A DNA stretch of 31,578 bases from a virus (lineage: Duplodnaviria; Caudoviricetes): positions 1 to 31,578 of the IMG/VR virus record IMGVR_UViG_3300020042_009391. One strand, written 5' to 3'. The notes below the pieces were generated by a model that had not been told where the DNA came from, did not search any database, and saw nothing but the letters and a program-made list of their open reading frames with translations. Both the position numbers and the translations under genes were made by a program. Below are positions 23,898 through 31,578 of this stretch, piece after piece. Position 1 is the first letter of the stretch. Each line of letters begins with the position of its first letter.

Positions 23898-23922
23898 TTT
23901 ATTTTCGTGACTAATCTATAAT
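23894..23922 (+). promoter_or_regulatory. sigma70-like promoter
   Basis: TTGATT-17 nt-TATAAT. Confidence 0.7.
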
Positions 23923-23953
23923 AGATATATCTTAACTTAAATTGGAGTAACAA

Positions 23954-24898
23954 ATGTCTCATTTAGTAGAAACTATGGCATATGCTGGTGAAGTTCCATG
24001 GCATGGACTTGGTAAGTCTGTACCTGCAGATCTTTCGCCTGAGCAGATGTTGAAGGCAGCCGATCTTGACTGGACGGTCAGCAAGGTTCCTGCATTTGCA
24101 AAGATTGGTAATGAAAATAAACCTGTGGGTTGGTCAGCCCTGGTTCGTTCCTCTGACGATCGTATTCTTGATGTTGTATCTGATGAATGGAATCCTATTC
24201 AGAATTCAGAAGCATTTGAGTTCTTTCACGAGTATTGCCAGAACGGTGATATGGAGATGCATACTGCTGGTTCCCTTAAGAACGGTCAAGTAGTTTGGGC
24301 TCTTGCTAAGGTGAAGGAATCATTCGAATTGTTTAAAGGTGATCAAGTTGACTCTTACCTCCTATTTACTAATCCTCACCGCTTTGGCCAGTGTATTGAT
24401 ATTCGCTTCACTCCTATTCGTGTGGTATGTAATAATACGCTTACCCTTAGCCTGTCTGAGAATTCTGATCGTATGGTCAAGAAAAATCACCGTAGCCTCT
24501 TCGATGCCTCAAAGGTAAAGGAAGAACTGGGTATTGCTACGAATAAACTTGCCAAGTATAAGGAGATGGCTGAATTCCTAGGAAGCAAGCGCTATACCGA
24601 TGAGACCATCAAGAATTACTTTCGTGAGGTGTTTCCTACTCTCTCTAAGAATAAGGCGAACGATTCGGAGACTATCTCACGTGGTGCTAAGTCAGCCCTG
24701 GCCGTCCTCGAGACCCAGCCTGGTGCTAATTTTGCCGAAGGTAGCTGGTGGCAGGCATTTAATGCGGTTACTTTTTTGACCGATCATAAGATTGGACGTT
24801 CGGCTGATACCCGTCTTCAATCGGCATGGTTCGGTCCGAATAAGAATCTTAAGATCAAGGCTCTTGAGACCGCAATCGAATACGCCGAAGCAGCATAA
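23954..24898 (+). CDS. DUF932 (TIGR03299 phage/plasmid-like) protein
   Basis: MSHLVETMAYAGEVPWHGLG, HTAGSLKNG, TPIRVVCNNTL, GSWWQAFNAVT. Confidence 0.9.
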   Translation: MSHLVETMAYAGEVPWHGLGKSVPADLSPEQMLKAADLDWTVSKVPAFAKIGNENKPVGWSALVRSSDDRILDVVSDEWNPIQNSEAFEFFHEYCQNGDMEMHTAGSLKNGQVVWALAKVKESFELFKGDQVDSYLLFTNPHRFGQCIDIRFTPIRVVCNNTLTLSLSENSDRMVKKNHRSLFDASKVKEELGIATNKLAKYKEMAEFLGSKRYTDETIKNYFREVFPTLSKNKANDSETISRGAKSALAVLETQPGANFAEGSWWQAFNAVTFLTDHKIGRSADTRLQSAWFGPNKNLKIKALETAIEYAEAA

Positions 24899-24901
24899 TA
24901 G

Positions 24902-24920
24902 ATGGGGACTGTGTCCCCAT
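24902..24920 (+). terminator. hairpin after the DUF932 gene, overlapping a late-promoter-like motif
   Basis: ATGGGGAC-TGT-GTCCCCAT; no U-tract on the + strand; CATAAATA at 24918-24925. Confidence 0.45.
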
Positions 24921-24945
24921 AAATATGGTATCTTTTGGAGATACC

Positions 24946-25362
24946 ATGCAACAGTTCAGAGATTTTTTAACAGAAGCAATGAAGCAAACTAAACTGCCTG
25001 AGCCAAAGAAGGAGGCGTCAGGCAAGCCTAAAGTAATGAGCGGTAAAGAAACAATGGAGCATTTTCCGCGTCCGACGATGGATGCAGTGATGAAACATCC
25101 ACTATATCAACGTCACATTGCAGGAGCTGAACATAGAGGGTTTGCACATTCTGTTAATAAATCTTCTGTAGATAATAAATATGATACACATATTGTACAT
25201 GCTGTAACAGGTGGTACTGGTATCCGTCACAGGATTGACTTTCATATTGGGTTAAGTGGTCGCAAGGTAACTCATACCGAGCATTTAATTAACAAAGATA
25301 ATGAAAAGTATCCCGAAGGTCATCCAGCGGCTGGCCAAGTGAAGTGGAAACATATATCATAA
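24946..25362 (+). CDS. hypothetical protein with capsid-targeting-like N-terminus
   Basis: RBS GGAG, MQQFRDFLTEA; upstream CATAAATA. Confidence 0.75.
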   Translation: MQQFRDFLTEAMKQTKLPEPKKEASGKPKVMSGKETMEHFPRPTMDAVMKHPLYQRHIAGAEHRGFAHSVNKSSVDNKYDTHIVHAVTGGTGIRHRIDFHIGLSGRKVTHTEHLINKDNEKYPEGHPAAGQVKWKHIS

Positions 25363-25364
25363 GA

Positions 25365-25676
25365 GTTATTGCTGTATGAAGCAAAGAGAAAAGTGTTCTG
25401 GACGGGGGTGCGAATCCCCCCAGGTCCACCAAAAGCATGAGGTTCAATCACGGCGCCATCTGTTGTAGCAGAAGTGTAACGGACCAATCATCTACAATGC
25501 TTTTGATGGGCCTGACCTAGATTCGACAGGGCAACAAGTAACAGAGTGGACAGCACGGTAGGCGATGACCGTAAATCAAGCAAAAAACGTAAACGCAAAC
25601 GACGAACAGTTCGCATTAGCAGCCTAAACGCTGCTTAGGGTTTCGGTAGGTTTCCTCGTAACAGAATAACCTACCA
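25365..25676 (+). ncRNA. ssrA: circularly permuted (two-piece) tmRNA
   Basis: T-arm plus CAGGTCC-A-CCA (ends 25431) precedes GGGCCTG (starts 25508), forming an acceptor stem with G3-U70; GATTCGAC motif; tag ORF ANDEQFALAA* at 25595-25627; outer limits approximate. Confidence 0.92.
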
Positions 25677-25698
25677 CTTAACTTAAAGGAGTTTTATT

Positions 25699-26241
25699 TT
25701 GAAGAAGATCATTGGTGCAACCTTGGTTGCTTTGTCATGTGCAGCATCTGCTGCTGATTATTTTAGCGTAGACATTGATTCAGTAAATGATCAAGTCACA
25801 GGTGTACGTAGTACTGCCCAGTACATTCGGGCAGGTAAGGAGGTTGTTGGCATTCAAATGGGTGTACAAGGACGTAATGCAGTATCCCATAATGGCGGAA
25901 TGCAGAATAGCCTGGAAGTAACTGGTGGTAAGAACATCGGAGCTTTCACACCTTTCGTCGGGGTCGGCTTTGATAGCGGTGCAAACGGCGCACGGAATGC
26001 TGACTACAAATACGGGTTGGTTGGTGCTACCGCAGGAATGAAATTCGGACCTGGGTTTGCCTTGGCAGGAGTTAAGACCCGTCTTGGTACAACTGCAGCT
26101 GTTGAGACCAAGCAGACGGTTGTATTCGGTACATACAGCATTCCAGTTGTCAAGAACGTTGCATTAAACCTTAATGCAAGCAAGAGCTATCAAGACATTC
26201 AAGAGAATGCCTTTGGCCTTGGAGTTGGAATTAGTTTCTAA
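25699..26241 (+). CDS. small outer-membrane beta-barrel protein
   Basis: RBS AAGGAG with TTG start, signal peptide ending ASA, alternating amphipathic strands, C-terminal GLGVGISF. Confidence 0.8.
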   Translation: MKKIIGATLVALSCAASAADYFSVDIDSVNDQVTGVRSTAQYIRAGKEVVGIQMGVQGRNAVSHNGGMQNSLEVTGGKNIGAFTPFVGVGFDSGANGARNADYKYGLVGATAGMKFGPGFALAGVKTRLGTTAAVETKQTVVFGTYSIPVVKNVALNLNASKSYQDIQENAFGLGVGISF

Positions 26242-26249
26242 CATAAATA
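26242..26249 (+). promoter_or_regulatory. T4 late-promoter-like motif
   Basis: CATAAATA (consensus TATAAATA) at the start of an intergenic region. Confidence 0.5.
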
Positions 26250-26418
26250 TAGAAGGGTTGATGGATCCTAATAAAACCATCACACATTTAAACTATACAA
26301 ATACCTCTACTGGGTTTGTAGTCATTCACCTCAAGCAATCGTAGCCATAAAAGGTTAGTCGGTTGGTGGATCTTTTCTACAAGATCTACTATAATAGGGT
26401 ACTAAAGAAAGGACAACT

Positions 26419-26988
26419 ATGTACGAACAATACATGGAGAATGCAACATTTATATGTATTGCATTTATTAAAGCTTTATTCATTTTACTATTAGGATATA
26501 TCATCTACTCATGCATGTCGTGGGCTGTTGATAGAAGTATTCACCAATACAACGTTACGTATTCTACACCTACACAGGTGACATTAAAGGAACGTGAGAG
26601 ACAATTACAATGTCTTACTCAAAATATTTACTGGGAGGCGGCCAATGAGCCGTTCGAAGGTAAGGTTGCAGTAGCCCAGGTAACCCTTAACAGAGCCAAC
26701 CATATTAAATTCCCTAATGATGTATGTAAGGTAGTTTATCAAAAGAATATATTTTATGAGAAAGTGATCTGTCAGTTCTCTTGGTACTGTGAAAATAACT
26801 ACAAGATCAAACCTGTATACAAGCCGTTGTATGAGGAATCAGAAGCAGTAGCCAAGAAAGTCTTACTAGAAGGTTTTAGACTGGATGGGCTAAAGGAAGC
26901 ACTTTTTTATCACGCCGACTATGTTAATCCAAAATGGCGCAAAGAGAAGATTACAACAATTGGTCGCCATATTTTTTACAAGGAATAA
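26419..26988 (+). CDS. SleB-like cell wall hydrolase (Hydrolase_2)
   Basis: CLTQNIYWEA, GKVAVAQVTLNR, CQFSWYC, ALFYHADYVNPKW, IGRHIFY; N-terminal TM helix. Confidence 0.92.
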   Translation: MYEQYMENATFICIAFIKALFILLLGYIIYSCMSWAVDRSIHQYNVTYSTPTQVTLKERERQLQCLTQNIYWEAANEPFEGKVAVAQVTLNRANHIKFPNDVCKVVYQKNIFYEKVICQFSWYCENNYKIKPVYKPLYEESEAVAKKVLLEGFRLDGLKEALFYHADYVNPKWRKEKITTIGRHIFYKE

Positions 26989-26990
26989 AC

Positions 26991-27290
26991 ATGCTTAATA
27001 TTGCAGCATACTATCAAAAGGTATTAGAACATTTAAAAAACATCAGCTCCCAGACCCTGGGGTGGATAGCAATACTGCTCATGCATTGTGCATTTATTCC
27101 TAATATCCTAGCTGTATTACTTGGAGTATCCGATAGACTACCTTCAGTAGATGTTGTGATATTTGTATGGACAGGTCTATTGCTTATGTTCCTTAGATCA
27201 GTTTTTAATAAGGACAACATAGGTATTATTACCGGAGGGTTGGGATTCTTCATTCAAGCCTTATTACTTGCGTTAGTGGTATTTAAATAA
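26991..27290 (+). CDS. small three-helix membrane protein
   Basis: RBS AAGGA then MLNIAAY; three hydrophobic segments. Confidence 0.75.
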   Translation: MLNIAAYYQKVLEHLKNISSQTLGWIAILLMHCAFIPNILAVLLGVSDRLPSVDVVIFVWTGLLLMFLRSVFNKDNIGIITGGLGFFIQALLLALVVFK

Positions 27291-27532
27291 TGGATGATAT
27301 AGAATTAACTCTCACAAAAACACCATCAGACTTTATGATGGAGATTGATAAGATAGCTGAAGATAAAAGACTCAGCTACATAGATGCTGTTATATACTTT
27401 TGTGAGAGGAATGGGATAGAGATTGAAACTGCTGCATCATTGATCAAAGGTAGCGCAAAAATGAAAGCAAAGGTTCAGCTTGATGCTGAAGAACAAAACT
27501 ACTTACCAAAGACAAGGAAACTTCCGTTATGA
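27290..27532 (+). CDS. gp33: late transcription coactivator
   Basis: FMMEIDKI...SYIDAVIYFCERNGIEIETAASLI...KAKVQLDA...KLPL; synteny with gp59 and gp32. Confidence 0.9.
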   Translation: MDDIELTLTKTPSDFMMEIDKIAEDKRLSYIDAVIYFCERNGIEIETAASLIKGSAKMKAKVQLDAEEQNYLPKTRKLPL

Positions 27533-28095
27533 CTACATTACCACAACATCTGGGCGGGCATGAGAATGAAACACATATTGACGATGGCGCACTTACTTAC
27601 TTTATTGAAAATCTCGGCGTTAAGTCTATGGTCGATATTGGCTGTGGTCCTGGTGGTATGGTTGATCTTGCTAGGCGAAAGGGTCTCGATATTATTGGAC
27701 TTGATGGAGATTATTCTATTGAACGTCCAGCCGAGATTAACGACCTAATCAAAGTACATGACTTTGTTTCTGGTCCCTACCAGCTAGACAAGACATACGA
27801 CTTGGCCTGGACGGTTGAGTTTGTTGAGCACGTAGAAGAAAAATACATGGATAACTTTATCGATGTAATGAAGCAATGCAAGTACGTTATTATGACACAT
27901 GCATTTCCCGGTCAACCTGGCCACCATCATGTCAACTGCCAACATGCATCCTACTGGTTGCGTGAAATGGAGAAACGTGGATTTCAATATGATAGTTTCA
28001 CTACAATGTCCGTACGCAATGCTTCAACAATGCGTGAACGTTACATTAGACAACAGAGTTTATTCTTCGTAAATGGAAGCCTTTCAAGCGTATAA
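27529..28095 (+). CDS. class I SAM-dependent methyltransferase
   Basis: VDIGCGPG motif I, GLDG, YDLAWTVEFVEHV. Confidence 0.88.
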   Translation: MTTLPQHLGGHENETHIDDGALTYFIENLGVKSMVDIGCGPGGMVDLARRKGLDIIGLDGDYSIERPAEINDLIKVHDFVSGPYQLDKTYDLAWTVEFVEHVEEKYMDNFIDVMKQCKYVIMTHAFPGQPGHHHVNCQHASYWLREMEKRGFQYDSFTTMSVRNASTMRERYIRQQSLFFVNGSLSSV

Positions 28096-28657
28096 AACAT
28101 ATGTCGCGATCAAAAATCACTTCACTTCTAAGTCGTATGACTTCTTTAAGTACGGCGGCAGAACAAAAGCTTCGAGAACCACGTTTGAAAAAAGGAATGA
28201 CAAATATTTCTTTCACAAACTCTCCAAGCGTAGAGATGTGGTCGACTATCTTGTCGCCAATTTCATATACAATGACAGTACCACCTGGGTCGGTGACTTT
28301 ATCAATAACGAACAATCAGATAAACACTACCTCAGATTGGTCAAAGTTAGGGAGTCACTATCGTATATCTTCAGTCAAGATCTCGATAGGCTCGATGCCG
28401 ACTTCGACGCTAATTTTCAAGTCGAAGAAGGACAACACCCGCTAGTATTACGCAAGTACTTACAGCAGGAAATTAATCTAGAAACATTAATCATCTTGGA
28501 CGATCTTGTATCTTTTATGAGGAAGTGGAATAGAAGAATACAAGATCCGATTGTATGGCCGCAGGTCTATATGAGGTGTAAGAAGTACAAACCGTTCTTC
28601 GAATACGACAAGGAAAAGATGAGAAAAATAGTGCTGGATAAATTTAGTGAAAGCTAA
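28073..28657 (+). CDS. gp59: helicase loader
   Basis: YKTYVAIKNHF...YDFFKYGG...FEKRNDKYFFHKL, INLETLIILD, KKYKPF. Confidence 0.92.
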   Translation: MEAFQAYKTYVAIKNHFTSKSYDFFKYGGRTKASRTTFEKRNDKYFFHKLSKRRDVVDYLVANFIYNDSTTWVGDFINNEQSDKHYLRLVKVRESLSYIFSQDLDRLDADFDANFQVEEGQHPLVLRKYLQQEINLETLIILDDLVSFMRKWNRRIQDPIVWPQVYMRCKKYKPFFEYDKEKMRKIVLDKFSES

Positions 28658-28662
28658 TAGAA

Positions 28663-28670
28663 TATAAATA
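28663..28670 (+). promoter_or_regulatory. T4 late promoter upstream of gene 32
   Basis: Perfect TATAAATA in the intergenic region. Confidence 0.75.
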
Positions 28671-28736
28671 GTTGTATATCATGATAATGTGACATATAAC
28701 GCATACACTTAATACATCGCATACAAGGAGCATACT

Positions 28737-29636
28737 ATGGATTTCTCTCAACTCAAAAAGTCACGTCAATCTAATTTTGATAAGCTGACGCAAGAAGTTT
28801 CAAAACTTAACACCCCCCAAAGTTCATCAGACGATAATCGCTTTTGGTATCCAGAAGTAGATAAGGCTGGTAATGGATATGCTGTTATTCGCTTTCTACC
28901 TGCACCAGATGGTGAGGATATTCCATTCGTCCGGGTCTGGGATCACGGCTTCCAAGGCGCAGGTGGTTGGTATATTGAAAAGTCTTTGACCACCCTAGGT
29001 CAAAAAGATCCAGTATCAGAGTACAACAGTCAGTTGTGGAACAATGGTACGGAGGCTGGTAAGGAGCAGGTGCGCAAGCAAAAGCGTCGTCTGACCTATT
29101 ACAGCAACATCTACGTTATTAAGGATACTGCACATCCTGAAAACGAAGGTAAGGTAGTTCTGTTTAAATACGGAAAGAAAATCTGGGACAAACTCAACCT
29201 GGCAATGAATCCAGAGTTCGAAGATGAGCGTCCAATCAACCCATTCGATCTATGGGAAGGTGCTAACTTCAAGGTTAAGATTCGTAACGTTGAAGGCTAT
29301 CGTAACTACGATAAGTCTGAGTTTGATACCGCCGGTCCTCTATTCGAGGATGACGAGAAGTTGGAATCAATTTGGAAGCAAGAACACAAGCTAGGCGAAT
29401 TCATTGACCCAGCTAACTTTAAGTCATACGATGAACTGAAGGGCAAGTTGTATCGTGTCTTGGGTCTTGCAGGTAATGTTAATCCAGTATCACATGCTGA
29501 AGATAACACCCCACCTTGGAATGATACGCCTAAGACTCAGGCAGCAGCTCCTTTGAAAGAGACAGCAGCTCCTAAGATTCAAGAGGACGATGATGACAGT
29601 ATGGAGTTCTTTAAGAAGCTTGCTGCTGAGGAATAA
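28737..29636 (+). CDS. gp32: single-stranded DNA-binding protein
   Basis: DKAGNGYAVIRFLP, KYGKKIWDK, PFDLWEGANF, NYDKSEF, acidic C-terminal tail. Confidence 0.96.
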   Translation: MDFSQLKKSRQSNFDKLTQEVSKLNTPQSSSDDNRFWYPEVDKAGNGYAVIRFLPAPDGEDIPFVRVWDHGFQGAGGWYIEKSLTTLGQKDPVSEYNSQLWNNGTEAGKEQVRKQKRRLTYYSNIYVIKDTAHPENEGKVVLFKYGKKIWDKLNLAMNPEFEDERPINPFDLWEGANFKVKIRNVEGYRNYDKSEFDTAGPLFEDDEKLESIWKQEHKLGEFIDPANFKSYDELKGKLYRVLGLAGNVNPVSHAEDNTPPWNDTPKTQAAAPLKETAAPKIQEDDDDSMEFFKKLAAEE

Positions 29637-31529
29637 TCAAGCGTAAGCAGTATTATGTCGGATGGAGATTCCTAGAGAACCTCGTCCGGCAATAGGACTT
29701 GGCATCGATGGCGGCGGCTTAACACCCCCGCCATTTTCTTTGGCTGCATTATTATTACTTACTGATGCAACTTGGAAAGATGGAGTGGATGCTACCTTCA
29801 CACCTTGAGATGCTGATGCTATTGTGGCACCAGTTGTGGGTGCAGCAGGCGCAGGGGTAGCACTGGTTAAAGAGTAGGAAGAGCCGAGGTTGCTCTCATA
29901 AGCTGCAGCAAGCGTCTTACGTTCTTCTCTAGATTTCTCACTAGCTGATCCAACCATTTTATTAACGAGATCAATGTTCTCAAGATCAGGAGGTTTAGGT
30001 CTACCTGAGGTAAAGAATACTGGAACCAATCTAGCTGCAATGGCTGGGTCATTAGCAAGGTCAGGATTACTAACTAAATCTACACCTATGGCTTTGCCAA
30101 GACGGGCATAATTATCCTTACCAGTAATCTGTAAGAATCCTCTACCACGATACTTGTACCCATCACCAGGCTTATCGTTACCCATTCTACCGCCGTAGAT
30201 TACATCACCAACAGCCTCAGGACCTTTGGCGACTAAGTCCTGTGCCTCTTGCATAGACTTAAATCTTACTTTATTATTCTTCTGTTCAGGGCCATACAAA
30301 TTGTATAGTGTCTTTGCAGAATATTTTTCTAGCTCTTCACTTCTAGGTCTGAATCCACTCTCCTTGGCAACCTGGGCCATAACGTTGGCTTGTGCCTTCT
30401 TACTAAAGCCGGCATTCTGTAATTCAGAAAGAACCAATCCTTCGTTGCCTGATGGCTTAAGTCCTAATCCCCCACCAGGTTTTAATCCTTCACCGCCACC
30501 TGGTTTCAATCCAGTACCAGTAGGGGCGGGAGGAGGGTAGGCAGGAGCTGCAGCAGGAGGTGGTGTAGCAGGGGCTGCTGCTGGAGGAGGTGGAGGAGTA
30601 GCAGGTGCAGCTGCCGGCGCCTGGGTTGCAGGCGTCTCTGTAGCAGCTGTTGTTGGTTTTGATTCTGGTTCAGCGGCAGGAGCCTCCCCATCGGTATCTT
30701 CGCCCTCCATAGACTTTACTACTGCGTACCCGGCTGCAGCTCCTGCACCCAGGGCAAGCATCTTCTTACCGCTTAATTTTCTTAACGACTTAAAGATCTG
30801 AATGGTAGTAGTAATTGCACTTGCAATACTACCAATTAACTTAGCACTGAATACGGTTGCAATTACTGCAGCAGCAATCTTGAGTGCAGTACCTAGTCCT
30901 TTAATACCACTATTCTCGTCTTCACCTGCAGTACCTTTAAGTCCATCGGCAAACCCACCCAGGAAGGCTTTAAGCTTATCCTGAATGTCTTTAGGTAGGA
31001 TAGTGTATACAATGCCGGCTAAGGCTGCAACTACTGCAGGATTGGTAAACAGGGTCTTTAGCATACCAAAGATGCTTTCGCCTTCCCTTGGCTCTCCACT
31101 CCTACCTTTACTACCAGTAGTAGATACTGTTGGTTTTGTTTCCTGTAATTGTTCTGTCTTATATGCAGATGCAGCATCTACTGCATTTAATTTTTCAAGT
31201 GACTTATTCACTGAAGCAAAAGAGCTAGCAATCGACTCCATTGCCCCCACTATAGCCAGACCTGGCTTATCTTCAACCTGGGGCTCTTCTTTCTCCTTGT
31301 ATACTTCGTCCTCTAGATCGCTTACTCTATTCTCAACAGTCTTGACCTTGGAGGCATTTCTGGCTAATACGCCAACCACCATTGATACCTTTTTACTTAC
31401 TACTGCAACCGTCTCCTGAATGGTATCGTATTTCTCACCTTCAGATACTTGTAAGTCTTTTACTTCCGTTAACTCTTTGGTTACCTGCTTTAACTTACTC
31501 TTGGTGGTTTTAGTTGTTCTTTTTGCCAT
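29637..31529 (-). CDS. probable virion tail/baseplate protein with GH19 lysozyme/chitinase-like domain
   Basis: MAQVAKESG, YGGRMGN...DGYKYRGRGFLQITGKDNY GH19 motifs; N-terminal coiled coil, hydrophobic helices, Pro/Ala linker. Confidence 0.85.
   Translation of the reverse strand: MAKRTTKTTKSKLKQVTKELTEVKDLQVSEGEKYDTIQETVAVVSKKVSMVVGVLARNASKVKTVENRVSDLEDEVYKEKEEPQVEDKPGLAIVGAMESIASSFASVNKSLEKLNAVDAASAYKTEQLQETKPTVSTTGSKGRSGEPREGESIFGMLKTLFTNPAVVAALAGIVYTILPKDIQDKLKAFLGGFADGLKGTAGEDENSGIKGLGTALKIAAAVIATVFSAKLIGSIASAITTTIQIFKSLRKLSGKKMLALGAGAAAGYAVVKSMEGEDTDGEAPAAEPESKPTTAATETPATQAPAAAPATPPPPPAAAPATPPPAAAPAYPPPAPTGTGLKPGGGEGLKPGGGLGLKPSGNEGLVLSELQNAGFSKKAQANVMAQVAKESGFRPRSEELEKYSAKTLYNLYGPEQKNNKVRFKSMQEAQDLVAKGPEAVGDVIYGGRMGNDKPGDGYKYRGRGFLQITGKDNYARLGKAIGVDLVSNPDLANDPAIAARLVPVFFTSGRPKPPDLENIDLVNKMVGSASEKSREERKTLAAAYESNLGSSYSLTSATPAPAAPTTGATIASASQGVKVASTPSFQVASVSNNNAAKENGGGVKPPPSMPSPIAGRGSLGISIRHNTAYA
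30441..30690 (-). repeat. low-complexity Pro/Ala linker and GLKP(G/S)G repeats within the GH19 protein
   Basis: AAAPATPPPP-type units and GLKPGGGEGLKPGGGLGLKPSG; limits approximate. Confidence 0.7.
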
Positions 31530-31530
31530 T

Positions 31531-31578
31531 TTATGCGCCTACTGATACAGAGTAAAAGGAATGAGATGCTGATTGCGC
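31531..31578 (-). CDS. 3' end of the upstream gene (partial)
   Basis: AQSASHSFYSVSVGA* ending 1 nt before the ATG at 31529. Confidence 0.5.
   Translation of the reverse strand, partial: AQSASHSFYSVSVGA

Noticed and set aside
1-31578. Stop-codon reassignment or suppressor tRNAs
   Set aside because: Core genes are full length in the standard code and end in TAA, TGA or TAG; no CTA, TTA or TCA anticodon found.

Overview
A 31.6-kb segment of a large T4-like (Tevenvirinae-like) myophage genome, nearly all on the + strand. The host is probably a Gram-negative proteobacterium, inferred from the tmRNA tag ANDEQFALAA and a phage-encoded outer-membrane beta-barrel. The window holds replication and nucleotide genes (primase gp61, thyX, nrdA, nrdB, RuvC-like resolvase, RNase H, PhoH, exonuclease, gp33, gp59, gp32) and a five-gene heptose/sugar-nucleotide cluster. 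It also holds 29 tRNA genes covering all 20 amino acids, a permuted two-piece tmRNA and several structured RNAs between the tRNAs. The most striking unexplained structure lies at 16494-16701, directly ahead of the tRNA array. A sigma70 promoter is followed by a 31-codon leader peptide using 18 of 20 amino acids (28 distinct codons), then mutually exclusive antiterminator and terminator hairpins. This is the layout of a ribosome-mediated attenuator that could switch on the phage tRNA array when almost any host tRNA becomes limiting. All calls were made by eye from motifs and base pairing; no searches were run.
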